A DNA stretch of 64,000 bases, taken from a virus. Taxonomy: Duplodnaviria > Caudoviricetes. A model generated the notes under the pieces. It was not told where the DNA came from. It was given only the letters and a program-made list of their open reading frames with translations, and made no database searches. Location of the stretch: positions 1-64,000 of IMG/VR virus record IMGVR_UViG_3300026549_000034, one strand, 5' to 3'. Made by a program: the position numbers and the translations under genes. Positions 9,860 through 21,609 of the stretch are shown one piece after another; positions within the stretch are counted from its first letter, which is position 1; each line of letters starts with the position of its first letter.

Positions 9860-10477
9860 ATGAAAAAATATATTGGAATGATATTTACTTGTTTAGTTAT
9901 ACTGTTTACTTGTGTTAGTTGTGACATATATACAGGCGTAACTACTCAAGATGATGTGTATGTTGAAAATGACATTGTTAGAACCGATGTTGATTTTAAT
10001 GTTATTATAAGATATGGACGTCCATATTATTATGAAGGATCATTATTATATTACATATATAATGGTTTATATTATTATCCTTTTTATTATAATAATTACT
10101 GGTATGTAAGGGCATATCGTAGACCATTTAATCATTTATATTATAGACCATATTTTAGACCTCATAGATATGATTATAAGTTTGCGCCCGGACATCATAG
10201 AGGATTTGATAGACCAAATGTCGCACCAAGACCTAATAGACCAGGCATGCGTCCTTCTCAACCATCTAGACCATCCGTTAAACCAAGACCAGATAGACCA
10301 GGCATGCGTCCTTCTCAACCATCTAGACCAATCATTAGACCTACTACACCACAGCCTTCAAGATCTACAGTTACACCGTCAACTCGTTCTAGATCATCAT
10401 TTGGCTCACATGGATCAGTAACAAGAGGATCAAGTATGCCATCAAGAAGTACTAGATCAACAAGAGGTGGAAGATAA
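9860..10477 (+). CDS. putative lipoprotein with Tyr-rich core and Pro/Arg/Ser-rich tail
   Basis: MKK-hydrophobic-VSC lipobox; RPGMRPSQPSRP repeated twice. Confidence 0.75.
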   Translation: MKKYIGMIFTCLVILFTCVSCDIYTGVTTQDDVYVENDIVRTDVDFNVIIRYGRPYYYEGSLLYYIYNGLYYYPFYYNNYWYVRAYRRPFNHLYYRPYFRPHRYDYKFAPGHHRGFDRPNVAPRPNRPGMRPSQPSRPSVKPRPDRPGMRPSQPSRPIIRPTTPQPSRSTVTPSTRSRSSFGSHGSVTRGSSMPSRSTRSTRGGR

Positions 10478-10609
10478 TTTTTTTAAAATATTTTAAATTA
10501 TTATTATATATAAAACAATATTAATATAAATTATATGGATAGGGTTTGCTCTATCCATTATTTTTGAGAAACGAAAAAAAAGTAAAAACATTTAAAAACA
10601 AGTAAAATT

Positions 10610-10807
10610 ATGAAAAAGACAATTTTTGGATTTGTGTTTGCAATTATGTTCGGCATGGCTCTTGGTAGCTGTGGTAATGGTGCTACAGGAGCTGCTACAG
10701 ATGTAGATAGTACAGCTGTAGATTCTGCAGCTGTTGAAGTTGTAGATACTACTGTAGTTGATTCTGTTGTTGCTGACACAGTTGCAGTAGTTGAGGAATG
10801 TGAATAA
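10610..10807 (+). CDS. small acidic lipoprotein (Bacteroidota style)
   Basis: MKK...ALGSC lipobox followed by VDS/VDT repeats. Confidence 0.8.
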   Translation: MKKTIFGFVFAIMFGMALGSCGNGATGAATDVDSTAVDSAAVEVVDTTVVDSVVADTVAVVEECE

Positions 10808-10983
10808 TTTTTCTTAATTACATTTATTGAGTCAGGCTGTACTGAGTACAACCTGACATTTTTTGTTTAAATAGTTTCATTAAATTCATTCATACAGTAA
10901 AAATAAAATAAGCAAATAATAAAACTATTTCGGACAAATATCTATTTTTAATATATAAATATATATTTAGATAGATACATAAA

Positions 10984-12042
10984 ATGTCAAAAAGTAAATT
11001 AACATTGATTATAGATGGAAACTGGCTATTGATTAGCAGATTGTCTGCCATTTGTTCAAGATACTTAGATGATATGGAGATGTGTCATGATCTACAATTA
11101 CTTTTAGTTAAATCTATTAAATTAACATTAAAACAATTTCCTCAAATAGATAATGTTATTTTTGTAAGTGATGGGGGATCATGGCGAACAAATGTTGAAG
11201 TACCTGAACATCTTGTAGATGAAAATGGCGAAAAAATAGTATATAAAGGAAATAGAGAAAAATCTGATGACATTAATTGGGATGTTGTTTTTAATTCATA
11301 TGAAGAATTTATTTCTATTTTACAACAAAATGGTATTAATGCTTATAGAGAACTTGATCTAGAAGGTGATGATTGGATATGGTGGTGGTCTACATATCTC
11401 AATTCACAAGGAACAAATGTAATAATATGGACAAAAGATAATGACCTAAAGCAACTTGTAAATATTGATGACAATAAATGTTTTACTGTATGGTGGAACA
11501 AATCAAATGGAATGTTTACATGTAAGTTTGATGATAGTAATCTTAATTTTCTTTTCAATAATGAATATAATGAAAATGATTTAATTTTCCAGCAAATAAC
11601 AAGAAATACAGAAGTTACACAAATTGATCATAACAATATAATTATTGATAAAATTATTAGAGGTGATCTTGGAGATAACATTCGTCCAATTTTATATAAA
11701 GAAAACAAAAATTCAGAAAGTTCAAGAAAGATAAGAATATCTCAAAAGGATATAGATTATAATTTAGACTTTAATGATGATAAAGCTGTTTATAATTACC
11801 TAAAGACTTTATATGAAAATAAAAAATATAAAAACAAACTTAATGTTACATTAGATAAAGCATTTGAACATTTCAAGTATAATCGAATTATGGTTGCATT
11901 AGAAAGACAATCATATCCTTCTAATATAATGAATATTTTTGAAAATTATAAAGATATTAATGTAAGTAATAATTTTGATAATATAGAAAATCAAATACTT
12001 GCAGCAACAAATAAATTGAACGGAATACTTGATATTATATAA
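10984..12042 (+). CDS. 5'-3' exonuclease/flap endonuclease (T4 RNase H-like)
   Basis: IIDGN, WR...YKGNR, EGDD, DNDLKQL, GDLGDNI. Confidence 0.9.
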   Translation: MSKSKLTLIIDGNWLLISRLSAICSRYLDDMEMCHDLQLLLVKSIKLTLKQFPQIDNVIFVSDGGSWRTNVEVPEHLVDENGEKIVYKGNREKSDDINWDVVFNSYEEFISILQQNGINAYRELDLEGDDWIWWWSTYLNSQGTNVIIWTKDNDLKQLVNIDDNKCFTVWWNKSNGMFTCKFDDSNLNFLFNNEYNENDLIFQQITRNTEVTQIDHNNIIIDKIIRGDLGDNIRPILYKENKNSESSRKIRISQKDIDYNLDFNDDKAVYNYLKTLYENKKYKNKLNVTLDKAFEHFKYNRIMVALERQSYPSNIMNIFENYKDINVSNNFDNIENQILAATNKLNGILDII

Positions 12043-12046
12043 CAAA

Positions 12047-12072
12047 AAAGGAAGAACTTAAGTTCTTCCTTT
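12047..12072. terminator. bidirectional terminator
   Basis: Perfect palindrome AAAGGAAGAACTT/AAGTTCTTCCTTT between convergent genes. Confidence 0.8.
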
Positions 12073-12514
12073 ATTCTTTAACAAAATTTGATAATGGTTC
12101 TTCTTTTATGATTGGTTTATTGTCTTTAGATTCCTTCTTTAATTTTTCAACTGCATCATTAGCTTCATCTTTATTGAAAAAATAATCATACATTTGAGGA
12201 TCCTTTTCATTAAAATATACTACATATACAGTTTCTTCTTGAGCTGCTTCAAATAATTTATGCTTCATTTCATTATCTGGTTCCATTAAAAATATTTCAA
12301 TCAAACCTTCATTAACATTACTTAAAACATAGTTTTTTGCTTCGTATATATTATTATCGTTACCCCATATATATAATGATGATGTTTGGCTGTCATATAT
12401 TGAATTTACTTTATAATTTTCTTCAATATATGAAATACACTCTTTAATATTAGTTCTGTGATGAATTAATGACTCAACCAAATGCTTTGCATTATCATAA
12501 GATGTGTCATTCAT
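12071..12514 (-). CDS. hypothetical protein
   Basis: 147 aa ORF, stop/start overlap with upstream gene. Confidence 0.7.
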   Translation of the reverse strand: MNDTSYDNAKHLVESLIHHRTNIKECISYIEENYKVNSIYDSQTSSLYIWGNDNNIYEAKNYVLSNVNEGLIEIFLMEPDNEMKHKLFEAAQEETVYVVYFNEKDPQMYDYFFNKDEANDAVEKLKKESKDNKPIIKEEPLSNFVKE

Positions 12515-13080
12515 TATACATTATTAATATATTTTTGTAATTTATTAAAAATAATATCGGATAAAAGTTTATCTGATTTTATTTTTTTATTTAAATAATC
12601 TGCAATGTCTTCAATCTTTATGTCTAAATATTCAATAATAGTGTTTAATTCATGTTTAGGTAAAATTTCAAAATTAATGTCTATACTTATTAAATTTTTT
12701 ACATCTACTTTATTAAAAAATTTTTCTAATATCTTAAATGATTCTGGTTCATTATTTTTTGTTTGTGTTGTTTCTTTCTTTGTATTGGTACTATTGAAAC
12801 TACTAATTGATTTTCCGAAATCTGGCTTAATCGTTAGTTCAGTCTTTTGAGGAATTATGTCAGATATATTTACGCTTTCATTACCAATTACTTTTCCAGT
12901 ATTATCATATACTTCATTAGAAACTTGAATATAGTTTGCCGAAAATTCAGTCATAGTCAATTGACCTTTGTCTGTCATCAATATCATTTCATCCCCATCA
13001 ATGACAGAATTATGTATGGTAACTTGTTCACCAGTATTTTTGTTTACCCAAGTACCACTAATCATTAATGATTCATCCAT
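12514..13080 (-). CDS. hypothetical protein
   Basis: 188 aa ORF. Confidence 0.7.
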   Translation of the reverse strand: MDESLMISGTWVNKNTGEQVTIHNSVIDGDEMILMTDKGQLTMTEFSANYIQVSNEVYDNTGKVIGNESVNISDIIPQKTELTIKPDFGKSISSFNSTNTKKETTQTKNNEPESFKILEKFFNKVDVKNLISIDINFEILPKHELNTIIEYLDIKIEDIADYLNKKIKSDKLLSDIIFNKLQKYINNV

Positions 13081-13161
13081 AGTAAATTCTAATAATAATT
13101 AATATATATAATATTAAAATTATACTTCTTAACAAATAAATTTAAATAATTTAATAAAAAA

Positions 13162-13701
13162 TTAAATATTTTCACTACTATTTTCGCTATTTTCACCACT
13201 ATTTTCACTATTTTTTAAAAAATTATTCATACAATCATATATGTCATCAAAAGAATCATTCATAAAATATTCGTAGTTTACATTTTCCAATCTTTGTTCA
13301 ATATATGAGATTTCACAGAATAATTCATTATTTAAATCCATTGAGTTATTGCATGTTGAATCAATCCATATAGTAAATATATTATACTTGTTAAATATTA
13401 CATCTGGAATATTATTGTATTCTTTATATAACAAGAAAAATACATCATTATTATATAAATCATCAATAGTTATTCCAGTAGATACATAATCATTAGTAAT
13501 AACATATAGTAATGAATTATTTTTTAATGCTATATTTACTTCCTTTTGATCTATATAATAATAGTCATCAGATTTTATCTGATTGTCTGTTATAAATTTT
13601 TTACTTATATTTATGTCATTATTTTTCTTATATAAGAATAATTTAAATTCTTTTATAAGATCTTCATTATGATATATGATAAATATTTTCTTTCTTTCCA
13701 T
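13162..13701 (-). CDS. hypothetical protein, possibly a degenerate guanylate kinase-like fold
   Basis: FIT...DYYYI....(G)IT pattern recalls the GMP-binding domain; no P-loop. Confidence 0.4.
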   Translation of the reverse strand: MERKKIFIIYHNEDLIKEFKLFLYKKNNDINISKKFITDNQIKSDDYYYIDQKEVNIALKNNSLLYVITNDYVSTGITIDDLYNNDVFFLLYKEYNNIPDVIFNKYNIFTIWIDSTCNNSMDLNNELFCEISYIEQRLENVNYEYFMNDSFDDIYDCMNNFLKNSENSGENSENSSENI

Positions 13702-13721
13702 TCAATTTATATAAATATTTT

Positions 13722-16700
13722 TTAACTAAAGGTTGTATATATTTTACTATTAACTATATAATAGTTTTCTGGATCATTAGTAGCTGTTAATAAATTATCA
13801 AAGTTTTTATAATATTTTGTCAATCTTGTATTATCTGTTTCTGCATCTGGTTTTATTGATGCTGTTGAAGATTCATAACTTATTGTATAATGATCACCTC
13901 TACTTGGACAATCTACATGACCGTCATTAAAGTTAAGTTGATATTGATTAGTTGTACCATTATTTACATATGATACATTTAATATTGAATTAACTATATA
14001 TAAAGGTTCTTCATCATTAAACAATATATCATTAATCATTAAGAAATAATAATATTTGATATTATCATTACTATTATAAGTAATTTTTATTATAATGTTT
14101 CTTTTCTGATTCTTAAATAAGCTACCAATATCATTATCACTTATATCAATATCATATGTATCTTGTATGAACTTATTCAAATATATAGTATCAAATAATT
14201 TTTGTTTTTTATTTGTAGAAACTGTATTAGAAACTGTATAATTAAATCTAACAAACAATTTATTAGTATCAGTTTCTTTAAGTAATGAAGCTATTTGGGT
14301 AGGATCAATTATAAATGTCCAATTATTATTTGTATTATTAGTAAATAAGTTTTGTACTGAGGCTTTGTTTCTATCATTTTGACTCCATCCTTTATATATA
14401 CTATAACAATATGCATATGTCTTTACATCTATAGTTGATGCATAAAATTTTCCTGTTGGTATTATTTGTTTTGTATTAAATTCAACATCATCAATTTGTT
14501 TTTTCAATAATGGCTCACTTGAGAATGTTAATGGAGTCATTGATTGACTAGATAATGATATTGTTTCTTTTGCATCTAACTTAATATTGTTGAAACCGCT
14601 TATTTCAAGTGTATCAAATGTCTTAAATTGATTATTGTATACAGGATTTAATAATGTATCATTACCTATGTTGATATTGTTTTGTGATGTTGTTATATAT
14701 AATGTTGACTTATCATTATTGTCATATGATGTTCCTATATATCCATAATATATTGCATCATTTGAAATACCTAATATATTACTTCTATTTAATGTATTTA
14801 TATTTCTAAAAAGAATTTCTTTACCATCAAATGTTGGAACATTACTATTAAATGTATATTCATTATAATATCCTGCTTTTGAAATTAAATAAATATCAAC
14901 TTCTTCAGGTATAGCTTCTTTTTGTACTAATTTTGATATTTCCGTTTTTGCTTCAGCTACTGTCTTTACGGATTCAACTATATCACCATTAATTAAAAGC
15001 GTCATGTAATCAGTATCTTCCGACACTTCTCGATTTTCTAATTTATATATAAATTGGAGATTTTCTGTATCCGGACTCTTTACAGTTGTTATATTAGATT
15101 TTGGATATAAAACATTAGTAACCTCTAAACTATCAAATGAGTTTATATATTTTTCACTTTGTTTTGTTTTATAGTTAATATTTGATCCACTAACATTTAG
15201 ATCAACAACATATTCAATAATATAATTAAATAAATTGTTATATTGTTCATTATAGTCTTTTGCAACTTTATTTCTAACAACTGCCCAATATTGTGAATTA
15301 GCTGATCCATTGTCTTGTACAATTTTATTAGTATCAATATATAAAGAATTTACTCTATTATATTTACTTAAAGATATATCTATAAATGAAGTATTATTGA
15401 AAGGATCAAATGCACATGTTTTGGTTTCAAAATCTTTTACATAATCAAAAACATATTCATTATTTATATTGTTTACAGTCCACATTGAGTATACATACTC
15501 TAAAGGATATTCTTTACTGTTTACAATATTTTCTGAATTAGTTATAAGAATGATAAGTGTATTCTTAAAGAATTCAATGTTTTCACTTGTTATCTTAGGT
15601 ATTTTTGTTTTGCATTCAACATTCTTTTGGGCTGTTGCAAAAAAGTGTGGATTTATTGTAAATTTACTATCAATAAATTCAAAATAAGAACTACTAATTT
15701 CATCTTCATATATACTATTATTTAATATTATAGGTGTTGTATTAGCATTTTTATAATATATCATTAAAGTCTTAAATGAAGAATTGATGTTTCCAGTAGC
15801 TTCAATATTAGTATCAACATCATTAATAACCCATTGATTGTTTTTGTTGATATAAGGTAATGAAAATATCTTTATTACGCTAATAGAATTAATAATGTCT
15901 ATGTAGTCTTTATTATAGTTTGTTTCAAATACAAAGAATGCGCTATGATCTACATTGACATAATCATCTGGATTATTGTATATAATATTATTGTACTTGT
16001 TTATATCAGTACTATTTAACTTATTGTTTTCATATGATGTATAAGTTATGAAAATATTATTTGAATAATATATTTCAGTAGCCTTATTACCATTACATGC
16101 AAAGTGTATGTCATAGTCTAAAGGCACAAACATACTATCATTATTTGCACCTTCAACATCATGTATATATGTATATAATTCTATTAGAATTCGTCTATAT
16201 AATGTTTTTAAATCTTTATTATAGATTTCAGCATTATAATATTGTAGAAGTTTATAATATAATAAATTAATATTTGATAATGTAATATATAAGTCATTAA
16301 TGTCATCATTATCAATATAGCCTATCAATTTTTTATATTTTATTTGTTGATCTTGTGATAGTGTTTCTGGTTTGTTAAATTCACCAGTTTCATCATCATA
16401 TTCAAGTTCTATTCCCTTTATAGAAATTATTTTATTGCCATAATCATATTGAGCTAAACTGTTAGGTTCATAATCATTTACTATAAATTGTATAAAAGAA
16501 CTATCATATGAATCAATTACATCATCATACGGATTTTTTATTAGTTTTTGATAATCAACAAAATTCTTATTGAAAATTGTATATGCATATTCAATATTGT
16601 TTTCATCAGTAATTTCAGATGAATACTTATATATCATTTTTATATTATTTGTCAAATCAGCTACTAATTCATTTGTAACATCATTTCGATTTAATATTAA

Positions 16701-17381
16701 ATATGCAATAGTTTCAATTGTAAATAAATATATGTTGTATATGTATTTGTTTGATTGGCTATTATAATCAACTTGATAAAGTATAAATTGCTCTTTATTT
16801 TCTCTATTGCTATCAGTAAAATTACCAAAATATTGTGTATAAATCAAATGAGTAAGTTTATTGCTAGTTTTGTCATATTGAAAATAAATAAGCTTTCCAT
16901 AGTCATCATTTTCAGCATCAACAAATTTTCCTTTAAGAATACATGTAAATAAATCTATATCATTTACAATTATTGAATTTGACTTATATTCTTCTAAGCC
17001 ATTAATAATATATGGCATATTATTTATTGCTTCTATTGCATCATCAATTATAAATATTCTTGATAATGATATGTCTGTTTCATAATTGTTAGATATATTT
17101 TCAACAGGCTCACCAGTTTCTTTATCTATAATAGTTAATGTTATTGTACTATTATCAGAATAATTAAATTTTGCAATATGTTTACTAGCATCATAGTTTT
17201 CTGGTGTATCTAATATATCAAACATATTAAATGAATGATATTTGATACCATCTGCACTGATACCAAAGCGTTGGCCTAAATTAGCTAATGCCTCTATTGA
17301 AAAGTTTTCAAAAAAGGATTTCCAATCATTATTTGTTCCTGAATTCTTGTTTTGTAATTGATTTATATTGAATGTTGACAT
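13722..17381 (-). CDS. large Asn-rich hypothetical protein (possibly virion structural)
   Basis: 1219 aa uninterrupted ORF. Confidence 0.7.
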   Translation of the reverse strand: MSTFNINQLQNKNSGTNNDWKSFFENFSIEALANLGQRFGISADGIKYHSFNMFDILDTPENYDASKHIAKFNYSDNSTITLTIIDKETGEPVENISNNYETDISLSRIFIIDDAIEAINNMPYIINGLEEYKSNSIIVNDIDLFTCILKGKFVDAENDDYGKLIYFQYDKTSNKLTHLIYTQYFGNFTDSNRENKEQFILYQVDYNSQSNKYIYNIYLFTIETIAYLILNRNDVTNELVADLTNNIKMIYKYSSEITDENNIEYAYTIFNKNFVDYQKLIKNPYDDVIDSYDSSFIQFIVNDYEPNSLAQYDYGNKIISIKGIELEYDDETGEFNKPETLSQDQQIKYKKLIGYIDNDDINDLYITLSNINLLYYKLLQYYNAEIYNKDLKTLYRRILIELYTYIHDVEGANNDSMFVPLDYDIHFACNGNKATEIYYSNNIFITYTSYENNKLNSTDINKYNNIIYNNPDDYVNVDHSAFFVFETNYNKDYIDIINSISVIKIFSLPYINKNNQWVINDVDTNIEATGNINSSFKTLMIYYKNANTTPIILNNSIYEDEISSSYFEFIDSKFTINPHFFATAQKNVECKTKIPKITSENIEFFKNTLIILITNSENIVNSKEYPLEYVYSMWTVNNINNEYVFDYVKDFETKTCAFDPFNNTSFIDISLSKYNRVNSLYIDTNKIVQDNGSANSQYWAVVRNKVAKDYNEQYNNLFNYIIEYVVDLNVSGSNINYKTKQSEKYINSFDSLEVTNVLYPKSNITTVKSPDTENLQFIYKLENREVSEDTDYMTLLINGDIVESVKTVAEAKTEISKLVQKEAIPEEVDIYLISKAGYYNEYTFNSNVPTFDGKEILFRNINTLNRSNILGISNDAIYYGYIGTSYDNNDKSTLYITTSQNNINIGNDTLLNPVYNNQFKTFDTLEISGFNNIKLDAKETISLSSQSMTPLTFSSEPLLKKQIDDVEFNTKQIIPTGKFYASTIDVKTYAYCYSIYKGWSQNDRNKASVQNLFTNNTNNNWTFIIDPTQIASLLKETDTNKLFVRFNYTVSNTVSTNKKQKLFDTIYLNKFIQDTYDIDISDNDIGSLFKNQKRNIIIKITYNSNDNIKYYYFLMINDILFNDEEPLYIVNSILNVSYVNNGTTNQYQLNFNDGHVDCPSRGDHYTISYESSTASIKPDAETDNTRLTKYYKNFDNLLTATNDPENYYIVNSKIYTTFS

Positions 17382-17390
17382 ATTTATACT

Positions 17391-20300
17391 TTATCGTAAT
17401 GTTAATTTATATACAATTTTATAAAATTTTTGTTTATATAAACTATTATAATTTATATAATTTTTTTCAAATACTATATCTCCAGAATTGATAACATATT
17501 TATTAAATAAAAATAACAACTTAGTTTCATCTAACTTATTATTGTAATATGTTTTTTTAATTAATTTTTTGAAATACTCATAACATTTTTCACGAGTTTC
17601 ATAATATTTAATGTTATTTATACTTATGCTGTCAATATCATCTGGAGAAAATTCCAAATGAGTAGGCAAACAATATACAAAGTTATTATTAAAATGCTTG
17701 TATTCCATTTGATAAACAGTTTTTGTATTAGTTAAGTCATTTATATTCTCAATATATTGTATAGGTAAGTATTTATAAATATTAATGTCTGTCAATCTAA
17801 TTTTTAGTTTATCAGAATTTTGTTTGTTTTGCTCAGTATTTAACTTAAATAATGAAACGTATTGATTATTTATTACAGATTTGACTTTATTGAATAATGG
17901 CATTATATTACCAAAATATCTATTTATATAAATACTAATAGGATTAGACATAGTATTTAAAACAGAATAAGTAATATTATTTTGTGTTGTTTCCTTGGCA
18001 TTAAGATCTATTATTAGATTTACATTTGTAGGAAATATTATATATGACTTTAATAAATAATAGTTATCTATAAGTAAATCTGTTTTTAAATATGGGTAAA
18101 TATATTTAAAGTTATCATAAATGACAGAATCATCTATATTATTATTTTGTATCTTATCAATTTTTACGTTATCATTTTCATCAACATAATATATATTGAA
18201 TGAATTTGAACTTAAATTAAATGTATATTCTATATTTATGTATTTATATTTTTTTCCATTATCATCAATATGTTCCAATACATTAATAGTTGATGTGTTT
18301 ATTGGTGAAATCTTATATACATCATAATTAGTATACTTTTCATTATATGTAGCTAAATCAGTTTTATAGAATATATTTTTTGGATTATAGTATACATAAT
18401 ATTTTTTAGTATTTTGTGTTACAGATATAATATTATTCTTTATATGATTTTGATTAATGTTATATAATTCACTAACATACATATTTGCGGTAAATGGAAT
18501 TACAATATTATGTATTTCTTCACCGTAGTATGATGAATCTTTATATAATGTCTTTTCAATGTCAGTATTCATTAATTCATGATATATATAAACTGGAATA
18601 TTTTTCTTTAATGTATAATTATATAAGTATTCATTTACCACATATACATTTTTTTGATATAATAGTTTTGCTGTTAGAATAACTGACATACTACTATCTG
18701 TATTATTAAAACTTGCATCAATAGTAAATTCATCTGTTTTGGAATTATATAATGTATGTTGTTTTAGTATTTTCTTAATAGCATCATTATCATATGTATA
18801 ATTAGATTTTGATTTAATATATTCTTTAATAGACTTTATATAATATCGTATTTCATATGTTGTATTATCAAGAACACCCCAATAACAATAGATATTATCA
18901 ATAATATTGTTATTTACATTTTCTATTATATCATTTTCTTTATAATATTTGTCTATAAATATTTTAAGCATATTATCATCTAAAATCTTTATATATACCT
19001 TTTTAGAATCAAATAAACTTTTATTTATAGATACATTATCTAAATTTTCTTTTAAATACTTTGATAAATTATATGAATCAATATAGATGTTATATTTTTC
19101 ATCATTATTAATCTTTTCAAAATAATTATAATCTATATATAAGTTATTGTCATTATAGTATGGTACATAATAGTATAAGGCAAAATTTTTCATAATACTA
19201 GTTAATGCTTCATATACTAATATATATGTATATACTTTTAATATAATGTTTATATATATTGAATCATTTTTTGATAGAGCGCCTGATATATAACGGGTTT
19301 TTATTAATTTACTTATATCTGAAAATTTACCTTTGCTTATTAATAAATTATATAATTGTATTGCTTCCTCATATTCTTTTCTATTATTGTCATTAACTAC
19401 TTTATATATATCCAAAATATATTGATTTAATTCTTGACCTAAATTGTAAAGAATGTTTAATATGTCATTTTCAGAATATATTTGTATAAAGTTTGACTTT
19501 ATAAAGAATGAGAAATTTTCATTTTTAAATTCATTAACATTATAATCACTAAAATATGACTTCAATTGTATTTTTTCTAAAGAATTATTCTTAGAGTAAT
19601 ACAATGAATTTAACAAAATACTATATTCATTATTTAATAAAATATTTTGATTATCATTGTCAATAATGTTTTCATTAGTTAGTGATTTTAATTTTTCATA
19701 TTGATCATCATATATTACTAAATATTCTTCAATATTATTTATTATATTTAGTTTGTCAGATATATTAACTTTATTTGAAAATTGATTATTTATGTTTTCT
19801 TTTATTTTGTTTATGACTTTATTATTTGTTTTGTCATATTTTATATATTTCTTTGTATTTGAAATATTCTCAGATATATAAATGTCATCATCTTCAGTTA
19901 CGTCATCAATAGATACCTTTTCAAAATATTTTCCATAATCAACATCAGATACTTTTGTGTTTGTTATATCATCATATTTTTTATCATTAATTATAATATC
20001 ACCATATACTATTTTGTCTGACCAGTTAACATATTTAGGTGTGACAAATACTCCAAAATAATCAACATCATTTCCTATATTAGAATATAATATGCCTTTA
20101 TGAAATACATTTCCATTATGATTTGTTGCGGTCCAATTGTCAGCATTATTGAAAATATTTGAATCAGATTCAGTATTATCTGTTGTAAATATATCAAACC
20201 AATCACTTATATAGTTATTTTGCAAATACTCATACTGTTGTATGTCTGAATAACTAAAATATTTGTTAGTATTAGCATATGCAAGCAATGGTAATAATAT

Positions 20301-21503
20301 ATTGTTGTTTGCTAACTTACAATATATTTTGTCAATATTGTTCTTTAATATAGGAAATTGATAGTATCGATTATATTTAGATGTATATGCAGCATTAGCA
20401 TTTATTATATAATCTTCAGATTCATAAAGTTTCCATTTGAAATAATTATGCGTTAGAGTATTTTCATATAATAATGATTTGTTAGTTCCTTCTTTATAAG
20501 TATAATTTAAATTATTGTTAAAAACATTATATGAAGTATATTTTATGTTTGTTGTTTTTGCATCAAAATTTTTAATATATAGATTTGAATAATGATAATT
20601 GTGGTCAAAATCATAAAAATCACATGTTGTATTATTCTTTATATATTTTCCTGATATAGTAAAAGTATTGAATTCATAATAGTATTTTTCATTCTTATCA
20701 AATACATCTTCAAGATTGAAAACAAATGATAATGGAATAACTTCACCCATTATTATATTGTTTTTTGCATATCCTATAGATATTAAATTGTCAAATTCAT
20801 TTATCAATAATTGTCTTGAATGATTTATAGGAATATTATATGATGTAAAATTTATAAGACCGCCATTTTTACAATCTATAACATTTTTATATACAATTTT
20901 ATTATTGTTGAAATCCCAATATGCTGGTATATTGTCTTCTATTTTTGTAAGATATTTACTTAAATAAATAGACAGTTTATTTGTACCTATTTGTTTTCCG
21001 ATAGGTATATATATTTTCTTAATGACTATATTATTACTATTTATTATATCAATTACAAAATAGTCAGGTAAGTCATTTCGATTATTTACATATATAGGTG
21101 CAAAAAACTGAAATTGATAGTTATATTTTGTATTTGGTATTCTTTTACATCCAAATTCAAAGTTTTTATCTCTATCATCAGTTAATTCAGCATAATTATA
21201 TAAAGAATCATACTTATTATATTCTGTAAAAGGTGCATCTTGTGGATTAGTAAAAGTATCTTTATAGAACTTATCAGATATTAACTTAAAATAACGTTGT
21301 ACATCATATTCATATTTTGCATTTATAAGATTAACATATATGTCTTTATGAAGCATAAACTTATTATCTAATGGCATTAAAAACGCATTATTTATATAAC
21401 AAGTATATTGACTATTTGATTGCTTAACGTATTCATTAAGCACACAAGATAATGTAAAGTTTCCAGATATAGCAGGTATAGTTCTTAATAATGATCTAAA
21501 CAT
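17391..21503 (-). CDS. large Asn/Tyr-rich hypothetical protein (possibly virion structural)
   Basis: 1370 aa uninterrupted ORF. Confidence 0.7.
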   Translation of the reverse strand: MFRSLLRTIPAISGNFTLSCVLNEYVKQSNSQYTCYINNAFLMPLDNKFMLHKDIYVNLINAKYEYDVQRYFKLISDKFYKDTFTNPQDAPFTEYNKYDSLYNYAELTDDRDKNFEFGCKRIPNTKYNYQFQFFAPIYVNNRNDLPDYFVIDIINSNNIVIKKIYIPIGKQIGTNKLSIYLSKYLTKIEDNIPAYWDFNNNKIVYKNVIDCKNGGLINFTSYNIPINHSRQLLINEFDNLISIGYAKNNIIMGEVIPLSFVFNLEDVFDKNEKYYYEFNTFTISGKYIKNNTTCDFYDFDHNYHYSNLYIKNFDAKTTNIKYTSYNVFNNNLNYTYKEGTNKSLLYENTLTHNYFKWKLYESEDYIINANAAYTSKYNRYYQFPILKNNIDKIYCKLANNNILLPLLAYANTNKYFSYSDIQQYEYLQNNYISDWFDIFTTDNTESDSNIFNNADNWTATNHNGNVFHKGILYSNIGNDVDYFGVFVTPKYVNWSDKIVYGDIIINDKKYDDITNTKVSDVDYGKYFEKVSIDDVTEDDDIYISENISNTKKYIKYDKTNNKVINKIKENINNQFSNKVNISDKLNIINNIEEYLVIYDDQYEKLKSLTNENIIDNDNQNILLNNEYSILLNSLYYSKNNSLEKIQLKSYFSDYNVNEFKNENFSFFIKSNFIQIYSENDILNILYNLGQELNQYILDIYKVVNDNNRKEYEEAIQLYNLLISKGKFSDISKLIKTRYISGALSKNDSIYINIILKVYTYILVYEALTSIMKNFALYYYVPYYNDNNLYIDYNYFEKINNDEKYNIYIDSYNLSKYLKENLDNVSINKSLFDSKKVYIKILDDNMLKIFIDKYYKENDIIENVNNNIIDNIYCYWGVLDNTTYEIRYYIKSIKEYIKSKSNYTYDNDAIKKILKQHTLYNSKTDEFTIDASFNNTDSSMSVILTAKLLYQKNVYVVNEYLYNYTLKKNIPVYIYHELMNTDIEKTLYKDSSYYGEEIHNIVIPFTANMYVSELYNINQNHIKNNIISVTQNTKKYYVYYNPKNIFYKTDLATYNEKYTNYDVYKISPINTSTINVLEHIDDNGKKYKYINIEYTFNLSSNSFNIYYVDENDNVKIDKIQNNNIDDSVIYDNFKYIYPYLKTDLLIDNYYLLKSYIIFPTNVNLIIDLNAKETTQNNITYSVLNTMSNPISIYINRYFGNIMPLFNKVKSVINNQYVSLFKLNTEQNKQNSDKLKIRLTDINIYKYLPIQYIENINDLTNTKTVYQMEYKHFNNNFVYCLPTHLEFSPDDIDSISINNIKYYETREKCYEYFKKLIKKTYYNNKLDETKLLFLFNKYVINSGDIVFEKNYINYNSLYKQKFYKIVYKLTLR

Positions 21504-21609
21504 TTAATTATATAAAATCAAATTTAATATATTATTAATTAAAAATATTTTCATTTGTCTATTTTATCATTAAAAAGTGATAAAAAATGAAATTATATAT
21601 AAAAAAAAT

